64,000 bases of DNA from Candidatus Bruticola papionis (GTDB lineage: Bacteria > Vulcanimicrobiota > Xenobia > Xenobiales > Xenobiaceae): assembly GCA_002407045.1 (NCBI GenBank), contig DHKB01000048.1, forward strand, positions 22,585 through 86,584, in the 5' to 3' direction. Positions 39,424 to 48,220 of the stretch are shown piece after piece (within the stretch, counting starts at the first letter, position 1; each line of letters begins with the position of its first letter). The position numbers were made by a program, and so were the translations under genes. A model generated the notes under the pieces. That model made no database searches. It was given only the letters and a program-made list of their open reading frames with translations, and was not told the origin of the DNA.

Positions 39424-40338
39424 TCAGCGTCCAAAAAAGTTATCCACAGCCAGACAAGAGACAATAGGTATATTTTTAGCTTTCAAAGCAGAAACTAAAT
39501 TTTGCAACTTTCCGCTATCACCTTTAAAAAAGAAACGCAATACTCCAGGATCGTCCTCTTTTTGCAATACATCAAATACATCTGAAGCTCCGCTTAAGCA
39601 TATAATAGCTTCGTCTATTCCTGTATCCCAAACTTGCAATTGCACTAAATTGTACTGGCCTATTTCTTGCACTACTTGAGGGTAGAGACCATGCACAAGA
39701 ACTTCATTTTCAGCAACAACAAATAATTGGCTATATAGCGTATCTAAATTAAGCAAACTTTCTGAGGATAAGAGAATAGCTTTACCGGTGTTGCGAATTT
39801 GGTTAAGTATATCGACAATTTTTTGCCAATTGCGGAAGTCGCTGCCTCTGAAGAGATCCTCTATTACAAGCAAGCGTGGACTATGTACCAAAGCTCCGGC
39901 TATGCTTACACGTTTACGCAAACTCAAATCACTAATTTTAGCGATTTGCATGTCTCTATATTGCGCTATTTGAGTAATTTCTAAAGCCTCATAAATAGCG
40001 TAAGGCCGGTAATGCTTATCTACATTGTACAATTCAGCATTGATAGCTAATTGTTCCCAAACAGTCAGTTCTTCATAAAATTCTGGTTCATTAGGGACAG
40101 CCCCTAACAAGTATTTAGCGGCAGGAGAAGTGTTTATATGGGCCCCAATACTTATACTATTGCGGCGTGAATTTTGTATGCCAACTACAGTACGCAATAA
40201 ATTGGCCGAGCTACTCAAATTTTGGCTAATTACTACTCCAATATCGCCAGCTTCCAAAACAAATGAGAGAGGACTTTTTAAAGCGATATTTTTTCCCCAG
40301 CATACTAAATTGCTGACTTCCAGAATAGGAATGGCCAT
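39424..40338 (-). CDS. Degenerate ABC-type ATPase-like protein (pseudo-ATPase)
   Basis: The ABC NBD architecture is present: N-terminal beta-strand ILEVSNL, signature-like LSLRKRVSIAGAL, Walker B-like LLVIEDL, D-loop. Walker A is replaced by ISQNLSSSAN (no GxxGxGKS/T) and the H-loop His is replaced (LLSSESL). The ATG lies 3 nt after the anti-sigma stop. Confidence 0.55.
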   Translation of the reverse strand: MAIPILEVSNLVCWGKNIALKSPLSFVLEAGDIGVVISQNLSSSANLLRTVVGIQNSRRNSISIGAHINTSPAAKYLLGAVPNEPEFYEELTVWEQLAINAELYNVDKHYRPYAIYEALEITQIAQYRDMQIAKISDLSLRKRVSIAGALVHSPRLLVIEDLFRGSDFRNWQKIVDILNQIRNTGKAILLSSESLLNLDTLYSQLFVVAENEVLVHGLYPQVVQEIGQYNLVQLQVWDTGIDEAIICLSGASDVFDVLQKEDDPGVLRFFFKGDSGKLQNLVSALKAKNIPIVSCLAVDNFFGR

Positions 40339-40341
40339 ACG

Positions 40342-41904
40342 CTATTCAATAGTATCGCGATTTGTAACGCTATCAGCATCATCATAAGTATTGCCTCCCA
40401 CTACATTTTCATTTCTGGGAGCAATTTCTTCTGCAGCGACAGCATTGTCGGTAGCATATTCAGTTTTGGAAGCATGGCGGCGCATTGAAGAAACAGTAAC
40501 ATCCGAACCGGGACGAATAATAGCCGGTGAGGGGGCGACAGCTGAACGAGGCGAAGATTCTGGGTGATTGCTGCCTGCAACATAAGAAGCGGAAATAGGC
40601 GTCGGCCCAGCCCCAGGAGCGACTTTATTAGAGGCCTTGGAGACAGGAGAAGGTGCAGGTTGATAAGCAGCCGTGTCATAGGCACGCGTAGGTCGAGAGG
40701 CGACTTTGGCTTTTACTTTAGGCTGGGCGCTGTAAACGGGACGGACGCCAGCACGATGCGCAGGTACAGCAACACGCGGCTGAGAAAAAATTTTGGCACT
40801 ATGATGAGTAGGAGCTGCTGCAGATTGAGGAGCGATAGCTACAGGGGCAGCAGAAGTAGATTCAGTCGAGCTATTGTCTGCCACTGCAGTATAGCGTTCA
40901 GCATTAGGTTCATCTTCGGTAGCATTTGAGCTATAGTCGGAATTGGCACTCGTCTCTTCAGAGGTAGAGTCGTAGTTATCCTCTGAAGCAGAAGGCTCTT
41001 CCTCAACATAATTATCTTGAGCGGAGCCGTCTTCCATAGCTAAAGTACTTTCGGGTAAGTTGTACCCTTCACGATATTTATTTACCGCAGCTTGGGCTTT
41101 TTCCAAATCGATATTTTTTACTTCCAGCCGCCCTCTAGCACTACGATAAGCGATATTTTGAGAACTTAATACAGTACAAGCCTCTACAGGGCTAAAATCG
41201 CCCAAAGGCAGAACGACCCACTCCTCTTTCACTTTTGCTTCAGAAGCCGCGACCGAATTTGAAGGCGAAGGGCTAACTTTAGCTTGCTGCTCATCATCTC
41301 CACTCCCACAAGTAATAAAAGATAGGCAAATGAACATCAGCAAAATAATGGCCGCCACCACACCGACCAAATGCAAATTTACTTTTTGCATTATAGCTCG
41401 CAGCCGTTCGATATTGGGGATACGCTCTTCCAAAGCATTTTCTACAATAACAGAAGTGCGACTGGGAGAAGCAAACAAGTTGCGCAACACCGGAGGCATG
41501 GTCCAACGACTGCTATCTGCGGCAGAGAGCCCCTCAAAGTCGTGTTCTACTTGCTTAATAAGCTGAATTTCTTTGCTACAATCGCTGCACATAAATATAT
41601 GCAAACGGATATTGCGTTGTTCCTCTTTGCTCTGCCGCTTGTCATTGAATGAGTAACGGAACAATTGCTCGTGAGTAGGATGAGCATCGTAAACAGGCTT
41701 AAATCCACTCTTGGCCAATTCGCTCAGAGGACGCATCAAATCGTGCAAGCGCCGAACTTCTTCACGACAGAATTGGCATTCGGTCAAATGGGCCTCTACT
41801 TCGGCGCGATTCGCCTTAGCCAAGGAGCGCTCCGCGTAGGGTACCAACATAGCCTTTATATATTCATTTTGGCAAACTTCTGCGCTATTTTTCTTAGGTC
41901 TCAC
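40342..41904 (-). CDS. Zinc-finger (zf-HC2-type) anti-sigma factor with TM helix and long Ser/Ala/Pro-rich periplasmic tail
   Basis: The N-terminus contains two HxxxCxxC motifs (HLTECQFCREEV and HIFMCSDCSKEI). A single TM segment (VVAAIILLMFICLSFITC) and a ~300-aa low-complexity C-terminus follow. GTG start. Confidence 0.6.
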   Translation of the reverse strand: MRPKKNSAEVCQNEYIKAMLVPYAERSLAKANRAEVEAHLTECQFCREEVRRLHDLMRPLSELAKSGFKPVYDAHPTHEQLFRYSFNDKRQSKEEQRNIRLHIFMCSDCSKEIQLIKQVEHDFEGLSAADSSRWTMPPVLRNLFASPSRTSVIVENALEERIPNIERLRAIMQKVNLHLVGVVAAIILLMFICLSFITCGSGDDEQQAKVSPSPSNSVAASEAKVKEEWVVLPLGDFSPVEACTVLSSQNIAYRSARGRLEVKNIDLEKAQAAVNKYREGYNLPESTLAMEDGSAQDNYVEEEPSASEDNYDSTSEETSANSDYSSNATEDEPNAERYTAVADNSSTESTSAAPVAIAPQSAAAPTHHSAKIFSQPRVAVPAHRAGVRPVYSAQPKVKAKVASRPTRAYDTAAYQPAPSPVSKASNKVAPGAGPTPISASYVAGSNHPESSPRSAVAPSPAIIRPGSDVTVSSMRRHASKTEYATDNAVAAEEIAPRNENVVGGNTYDDADSVTNRDTIE

Positions 41905-41984
41905 AATATTTTTACCATCCAGCTATTGTCGAATCTGTCAAAAAAGTACGTTCTTTTTACAGCAAATAAAGAAACAAAGAGCCT

Positions 41985-43181
41985 CTAATTTGAGCGTTGC
42001 TCGCCACCTAAGCTCAACAAACCGCGCAGAAGGCGCAAACCGATCTCTCCAGCGGAAGTAACTTCCAACTTTTGGCACAGCTCTGCAAATGAGCAATTGG
42101 CGAAGTAGCGCATCACTACAGTCCTATATGCCTCTAAATCGGTAGCGGCCAATCTTTTTAAGCCGCTAGCTAAAGCCTGAGCTTTTCGCGACAACTGAGC
42201 AGGAGCAGCCGGAGCAGCAGCGACAGGTTCTTTTTCTGGAGTATCCTCAGAAGGGCTTAGAGCCGGAGCTAAATGCACATTGTTTCTGGGGACTCGCGAA
42301 ACGGCAGCTTTGACACCAGAATCAGTTCGTAAAAGTTGGGCTTGATTGGAAGCACTCCCCAAAGAGCCAACGCGTCGAGTTTCGGAGCTTCCAACACCAG
42401 CAAGTCCGGACGAGCTCTCACTTTGGCGCACATACACAGGCCCTCTAACCCCTCCAGTTTTAGAGGTGGAAAGGCGCTCACGATTGGCGACTTCTTCTTT
42501 GCCACTGAGACTTCTAGTAGCCGGGATGCCAGATATTCTCATTTTGGGTTTGGGAACATCTTCAAAAAAGAGGCTGTCCTTATTAGTCCCACCATAATCC
42601 TGGCTTTTATAATTGGCTGGCGCAGAGATTTTATGTCCAGGCTCATCATCTAAGAAGAGACTGTGTCCTTGACTGTTATCCTTAGTATTATCGTCATTAG
42701 CTTTTGGCGTTTCCAAAGAATTTTGGATACGTTTAACAAAAGGCCCTGCGCAATGGCTATAAAGATAAAGACGAATACCCTTGCTTAAATCTATATCAGC
42801 AGCCTTATTGACAAAGTCTGTAAAAAAGCTATTAAGAAATTCCTTACGACGGCCACCACTACTAATTAAAGCTGGTGCAATTCCCCCCCGCTCACTGGCT
42901 CTTTCTTGCAAGTCGCGTTTTTCTAAGGCCACCAAGAGACTTTCAACATAGGGATAAAAAGTGCGTACTAAAATCTCGGCTGCTTCTTTGTCTCCGTTCT
43001 GAAAGCGGCTGACTATTTCCGAAGTAGTCGCACTATCCTCACGCTTCAGCAACTCGATCAATTTAGTTTTAGATTCTTCGTCGAGCGTTCGGTGCTCATC
43101 GTCTGATAAGGCAAAGTTATTTTCTGCCGAAGCGGTGCCGTTTATTTTAGGCAACCGTTCCAAATAATCGATATCGCTCAT
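41985..43181 (-). CDS. Divergent sigma-70/ECF-like sigma factor with ~200-aa disordered linker
   Basis: The C-terminal region-4-like HTH (LEAYRTVVMRYFANCSFAELCQKLEVTSAGEIGLRLLRGL) is present. The N-terminal region-2-like segment is GDKEAAEILVRTFYPYVESLL. The start is placed at ATG 43181, preceded by AGGAA. An upstream in-frame GTG at 43223 is an alternative. Confidence 0.5.
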   Translation of the reverse strand: MSDIDYLERLPKINGTASAENNFALSDDEHRTLDEESKTKLIELLKREDSATTSEIVSRFQNGDKEAAEILVRTFYPYVESLLVALEKRDLQERASERGGIAPALISSGGRRKEFLNSFFTDFVNKAADIDLSKGIRLYLYSHCAGPFVKRIQNSLETPKANDDNTKDNSQGHSLFLDDEPGHKISAPANYKSQDYGGTNKDSLFFEDVPKPKMRISGIPATRSLSGKEEVANRERLSTSKTGGVRGPVYVRQSESSSGLAGVGSSETRRVGSLGSASNQAQLLRTDSGVKAAVSRVPRNNVHLAPALSPSEDTPEKEPVAAAPAAPAQLSRKAQALASGLKRLAATDLEAYRTVVMRYFANCSFAELCQKLEVTSAGEIGLRLLRGLLSLGGEQRSN

Positions 43182-43398
43182 AGTATCATTCCTGAAGAAA
43201 ACGTTCCTGTTTAACTTCGACACTCACAAGCTGTGTTCCTTATTTTTGCTTTAACCGCTTTAGATAAAAAATTTGAAACGGCACAATAAATATTGTACAA
43301 TTCTGCCCGGTACTTGTCGTTTTTTAGCGATAAGAAAGCATGGCCTTTTTATCCACTTCCAACGGCTAGTGCGTCTTTGCAAAGGAACCGAATAAGCT

Positions 43399-45210
43399 TT
43401 GAACCACAATTCCAAGTTGTTAGGCGGCCTTTTAGGCCTTGTTGTCTGCTTTAATGTCTGTTCAGCATCTTCAGCCAAGTCTCCCGATACCACTCGCGAT
43501 CATTTAAAGGCTTGGTTAGCCCAAAATTTTGAACTACCGGGCGATCTTGATATAAGTGAAGACGAGCCTTCTTCAGCCGACGAGTCTCCAATTTCGCGTC
43601 CTCAATCAGCTCCAAGCGAGACCACATCAACTAGTTCCTTACCTACTGTTTCTCCCCAAAATTCAACTCCAGAAGCTTCTTCCCCCAATCAAGCGGTGAC
43701 ACTTCCAGCCCCTGAGGGTGGTCGTCCAGTAGTAACTGAAGCTCCTTCGGCCACTTGGCAATCTATTCCAGCTGCCAAAATTGACTCTCCAGAACCCCCA
43801 AAAGAAGTTTCTCCAGATCCCAAAATATTTTCCGAAGACGAAGACTTAGAAATAGTACGCCCAGAGTTGGCTCTAGTTTCTTTTGATAGGCGCGGTTTAT
43901 TGAAGCCAACAAATCCTCCACTTCCTTTAGAGCAAGACCAACAGATAGTTTTTAATCCAGAAGTACTTTTTAATGCCGAAGCTACAGAAAATTTAAGTGA
44001 TAGCGAAAAAGCTGCTTTTATAAAAAATTTAGCTCTCTTTATGCAATCAGATTACGCCTCCAAAGTAATCCTACCGCGTAAAGTCCTCGTCGTCCGCCAG
44101 GAAGGCAAAAACTTGTTAGGCCACTTGTATGACTTGGAGCTTTTGGATGATCGTGAAGTGCGAGCGCCATTAGATAAAGGCAAAGGATGGCAAAATTTGT
44201 GCGATCAGGCTCTCCAAGAGCGAGGCGGACTCCATGGAGTCGTGGTCAATATGGAAAGCAAGCAATATCACCAGCCGGGAGCTAAACATCTTTCTTTAAA
44301 CAGCCGTCTCTATGCTTTTAAAGATGAAAAATTAGCTAAGCGAAAAGGCTATGAGCCCTGTGCAGTTTGTTTTCCTAAAAATGATCCTTACTTAAGCATG
44401 AGTAGACAAGATAGAGAGCTTTCTAAAGAAGGCGCTTCCCAAGTCCAAAGTCGTTATAGTTTAAGTCAAGATTCAGAAGCCATAAGTAGAGTGCAAAAGG
44501 TTGGTCGACAGCTCTTAGAAGGAAATGGTTTTTCTCCAGACTTATGCGAATTTGTCGTACTAAACTCTCCGGAGGCCCAAGCTCTTTCTGTGCCTGGAGG
44601 GCCAGTTTTTGTTACCTCCGGCCTTTTGAAAATATTGGAAAGTGATGATGAGCTGGCTGCCGTTTTAGCTCACGAATTTGCTCACATATTGCATAAACAC
44701 GGCAGTGCCAGCAGAATGCGCAATAATATATCTAACATTTTAGATACAGTTATGCGCTATACAACCCGCAGCTATTGGGGATATTTTGGCTCCCAAAAAG
44801 CCTCCGACTTAATTAATAAAGGTTTTTCACGCGAACAAGAATATGAAGCCGATCGCAGCGCAGTACAACTTTCTTTTGCCGCAGGCTACAATCCGCAAGA
44901 ATTTTGCGCAACTTTAGAAAAGTTGGAATTATACCAACAAGAATCAGGTCAAGCCAAACTTCATATTCCCTGGTTTAGCACCCACCCCACTTCCGGCCAA
45001 AGGATCCAGGAAATAAAAAAAGTTTGTCAAGCTATAGAGCCCTTGCAAAAAGAAGCTGAATTCGCTCAAGAGCAAGGCGATAAAGATTACGCTTTAGCTT
45101 TACGCCATAGTTCTCTTCAGTATCTTAAAGACAAGCAAGCTATCGACGAACTTTGCCGCAGTTACAACAAACTAAACTGGGATATTTTACATGCCGACAA
45201 AGGATTTTAA
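43399..45210 (+). CDS. Exported M48-family zinc metallopeptidase with Pro/Ser-rich N-terminal linker
   Basis: Signal peptide (LLGGLLGLVVCFNVCSASSA), HExxH (LAHEFAHILHKH) and the downstream EYEADR glutamate motif typical of M48. TTG start. Confidence 0.7.
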   Translation: MNHNSKLLGGLLGLVVCFNVCSASSAKSPDTTRDHLKAWLAQNFELPGDLDISEDEPSSADESPISRPQSAPSETTSTSSLPTVSPQNSTPEASSPNQAVTLPAPEGGRPVVTEAPSATWQSIPAAKIDSPEPPKEVSPDPKIFSEDEDLEIVRPELALVSFDRRGLLKPTNPPLPLEQDQQIVFNPEVLFNAEATENLSDSEKAAFIKNLALFMQSDYASKVILPRKVLVVRQEGKNLLGHLYDLELLDDREVRAPLDKGKGWQNLCDQALQERGGLHGVVVNMESKQYHQPGAKHLSLNSRLYAFKDEKLAKRKGYEPCAVCFPKNDPYLSMSRQDRELSKEGASQVQSRYSLSQDSEAISRVQKVGRQLLEGNGFSPDLCEFVVLNSPEAQALSVPGGPVFVTSGLLKILESDDELAAVLAHEFAHILHKHGSASRMRNNISNILDTVMRYTTRSYWGYFGSQKASDLINKGFSREQEYEADRSAVQLSFAAGYNPQEFCATLEKLELYQQESGQAKLHIPWFSTHPTSGQRIQEIKKVCQAIEPLQKEAEFAQEQGDKDYALALRHSSLQYLKDKQAIDELCRSYNKLNWDILHADKGF

Positions 45211-45265
45211 AGCCCTGTGCCTAAAAAATGGCGGCGTGAGCTTTTACTGCTAGGCGAGAGGAAAT

Positions 45266-46018
45266 TTGCAAATGCTCAATACTGAAGGCGTATTTTTAGA
45301 ATATAAAGCCGCCACTGGAGAAGTGCTTTCTTATCAAACGATAATGCACTCCAAGCAAAAGACAGAAGAAAACAACGAAGAGATCAGTAATACCGACGTT
45401 GTTATGGAAATGGCCACCAATCAGACGGTGACTAAGGTTTCTGGAAGCACCTTTGATGTAGACGTCAACGTTACCGACGGTTTCATTGAGCGCAACAACC
45501 AGAGGTTTCCCTTACCTGCTATCGGCCAGACTATAGGCATGACTGTGGAGAAAACTGGACGTATAACTCGCTCAACAGTCAACGCCAACATAAATCAGCC
45601 TGTCTTCCCCAGCGGTTTGCAACAAGTGGGCTCTTCCTGGACAGAAATCAAGCCTTTAGAAATTCCTCTGGGAGATAAGGGCCAATCGATTACCATCGAC
45701 TTAAAATTCGAGCATAAGCTTGTCGCTTTAGACACAGAGCAAAATTACGACGTAGCTATTATCGAAACGTCTGCTGGCCCCATGAGCGCCGACATAAAAG
45801 ATGGCATTAGCCAATCAGTTCAAGTAAAAGCCAGGACGGCTTTCGCTTATCGAGCTGGACAAATGGTCAGTTCTCATCTTGAATCAAAAACTATAGTTAA
45901 GGCTCCAGATTTGGTACTTACCAGCGTTCATACTATTGACACAATATTAAAATCTTCCAGTTCGCCGGTGATCGATACTCCCAGCATTGCTGACAGTGCT
46001 TTCATTATTGGCGCCTAA
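45266..46018 (+). CDS. Hypothetical protein
   Basis: 250-aa ORF 55 nt downstream of the M48 gene. No recognisable motifs. Confidence 0.45.
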   Translation: MQMLNTEGVFLEYKAATGEVLSYQTIMHSKQKTEENNEEISNTDVVMEMATNQTVTKVSGSTFDVDVNVTDGFIERNNQRFPLPAIGQTIGMTVEKTGRITRSTVNANINQPVFPSGLQQVGSSWTEIKPLEIPLGDKGQSITIDLKFEHKLVALDTEQNYDVAIIETSAGPMSADIKDGISQSVQVKARTAFAYRAGQMVSSHLESKTIVKAPDLVLTSVHTIDTILKSSSSPVIDTPSIADSAFIIGA

Positions 46019-46092
46019 CTGCTTGTTTGACGCTAATAGAGCGCGACAACTGGATTTTATTTTCTCTACCAAGTCCTAAATGGATCAGACTA

Positions 46093-46136
46093 AAAAAAAG
46101 CTGCTGCCGTCATACTAGACGGCGGCAGCTTTTTTA
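46093..46136. terminator. Bidirectional terminator
   Basis: A8, then stem agctgctgccgtc/gacggcggcagct, then T6. It lies between convergent genes. Confidence 0.7.
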
Positions 46137-46151
46137 TTATGGCTTTGTAAC

Positions 46152-46664
46152 TTAGCGCAAGCAATGCTCTACAATAGGCCGAATATAATCAGCACGCTTT
46201 TCCTTGGGGAGCTGTTCTAAAGTTTCGAACATTTGATCTACTAAAAGCATTTGCTGTTTGCGACGCAATTCTATGAGTTGGTTAACGTAATTCTTAACTA
46301 CAGCTCTATTTGGATTTTCAGAAGTAAGTTCTTTAGCCATTCGTCCTCGAAGTTCTTTTATAGAAGCTCTGATTTGCAACATTTGAGGACGATACTTTTC
46401 TCTCACTTGCTTGGCTTCGGGAAATTTTTGATACTCTTTGTCCCTGTCTTTGCGACTTATAAACTTACCCTTGGGCAAATTGTCTACAATATTGGTATGA
46501 TTGTTTGACTGGTGCTTAATTAAGTCGCCTTCGTTGATATTAACAACAGTCTTTTGCACACTACCATTTTCTACACAATTATCCCCTTCTTCGGCTAAAG
46601 CCCCACCACATGTAAAAGACAAAACACCAATAACAGCAACAAACAGCACAACCTTTTTAAACAC
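46152..46664 (-). CDS. Periplasmic Spy/CpxP-like (LTxxQ-motif family) stress protein
   Basis: Signal peptide, then a helical protein with repeated LxxxQ/ELR motifs (QMLQIRASIKELRGRMAKELT...LIELRRKQQMLLVDQ). It is the last gene of the ECF sigma operon. Confidence 0.5.
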   Translation of the reverse strand: MFKKVVLFVAVIGVLSFTCGGALAEEGDNCVENGSVQKTVVNINEGDLIKHQSNNHTNIVDNLPKGKFISRKDRDKEYQKFPEAKQVREKYRPQMLQIRASIKELRGRMAKELTSENPNRAVVKNYVNQLIELRRKQQMLLVDQMFETLEQLPKEKRADYIRPIVEHCLR

Positions 46665-46691
46665 GAAAATTATCCAACCTCTCTATCTTTG

Positions 46692-47384
46692 TTAGCGCCC
46701 ACTATCGGCAGCTTCATCGAAAGCTATATCCAAAAGTTCTTGAGACATCACATAGTCGGGTTTGTAATCAGCATAAATGACACTATTACTTAAATCTTCG
46801 TTGGCATTGCTGTTAAATTCGTCAGCCATAATATAATCGGTATAATAAGGCTCATCGCCACTGAGCTCGGTTCCGGAATCTTTAGATTGGGCAAAGTGTT
46901 TGTGTACTACAGATTCGCGCCCTACGGAAGCACTGGTATTGGCAACAACATTTGCAGCAGTTTGCCCAGGAGCCCCATTAGAAGCAAAGGCACTCCAAAG
47001 TACCGCACCACCAACTACAGCTAAAGATGCAGCAGCTGTAAAAGTCTTCCAATAGTGCAAATACTTACTTTTAGCTTTCAGCTCAGTTTCTAAACTGATA
47101 ATCTTACCTTTATTAGCCTCTTGGCCCACCTTTTTCCAAAAGCGCACTTTAAAATCAGAAGAGGGCTCTAATTCTTGCGGAAAGGCCTTATCTAAATTAT
47201 TCCATACCTCACTTAAAGAATGCTGATATTGACTACATCTGGAGCACTCTTCTAAATGTCTTTTCAACTTTGAAGCATCTGTTTCACTAAGAAGCCCGTC
47301 TTCATATTCTAATAATTTATCTACACACTCTTGACATTCTGCACTGTCCGGAAAAGCAGCTTCTGAGCCTTGGTTACCTTTCAT
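46692..47384 (-). CDS. zf-HC2 anti-sigma factor (single TM)
   Basis: N-terminal HLEECSRCSQYQ motif and TM helix (FTAAASLAVVGGAVLWSAFA). The start is 16 nt downstream of the sigma gene, with a GGAG SD. Confidence 0.7.
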   Translation of the reverse strand: MKGNQGSEAAFPDSAECQECVDKLLEYEDGLLSETDASKLKRHLEECSRCSQYQHSLSEVWNNLDKAFPQELEPSSDFKVRFWKKVGQEANKGKIISLETELKAKSKYLHYWKTFTAAASLAVVGGAVLWSAFASNGAPGQTAANVVANTSASVGRESVVHKHFAQSKDSGTELSGDEPYYTDYIMADEFNSNANEDLSNSVIYADYKPDYVMSQELLDIAFDEAADSGR

Positions 47385-47400
47385 AAAAGAGCACTCCTTT

Positions 47401-48018
47401 CTAACTGAATATCTTGCCTAAATACTTTTGCAAAGTTTGACGCGCCCGGTGAATTCTCGATCTAACAGCAGCTACTGTAATGCCTAAAGTTTCGGCGATC
47501 TCTTCATAGGTGAGATCATAAAAGCGGTTCATTATCAACGGAGCTCTCATTTCTTCGTCAATTTTCAAAAGCGCTCGTCGTAATTCGCGGCTAACTTCAC
47601 CGTACTCTACAGACTCCAAGGGAGAGTCTCCAGGATCGGCAAAGTCGCGTTGTATAGGACGATCCCCGCCCTTGTCCATAGGTTCATCTAAGCTTATCTG
47701 GAGAGGAACATCTTTGGCTCGCTTCTTTCTCTCTTTAAAGCACTGATTCATGGTCACTTTATATATATAGGTAAAGAGACGAGCTCTGAGTTCAAACCGT
47801 GGCAAAGCCTTATATAATTGAAGGAAAACCTCCTGAGCAGTGTCTTCAGCTTCCCTAGCTGAACCACCCTTGAATTTGTAAATTAAATTCAACACAGGAC
47901 GGTAGTAAATAGTCATCAATTCATCAAACGCAGAGTCGTCGCCAGCCTGAAAACGAGCTAATAAAGCAGCGTCGACAGCTTCTTCCCCGAGTTTGTCTGG
48001 TGGGTTAAATCCAGTCAC
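47401..48018 (-). CDS. ECF (sigma-24 type) RNA polymerase sigma factor
   Basis: Region 2 (AQEVFLQLYKALPRFELRARLFTYIYKVTMNQ) and region 4 HTH (LTYEEIAETLGITVAAVRSRIHRARQTL). GTG start. Confidence 0.8.
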   Translation of the reverse strand: MTGFNPPDKLGEEAVDAALLARFQAGDDSAFDELMTIYYRPVLNLIYKFKGGSAREAEDTAQEVFLQLYKALPRFELRARLFTYIYKVTMNQCFKERKKRAKDVPLQISLDEPMDKGGDRPIQRDFADPGDSPLESVEYGEVSRELRRALLKIDEEMRAPLIMNRFYDLTYEEIAETLGITVAAVRSRIHRARQTLQKYLGKIFS

Positions 48019-48220
48019 GTCCAGTTTGTTTCACTCAAATTCTAAAGATTTAGCTTTTATCTAAAAAGAAACGGCGCACGCCGAAGTTATAAAAAAAAGA
48101 GGCGCTTTGCTTAGAGCAATACCCACAACAAAGCGCCTCTCTTGTAAAGAACTGGCCAAGAAGCGGCCTTCAAGTCACTTTATTAAAAGCGAGCAAGAAA
48201 GCCACCAATGTCACAGTTAC

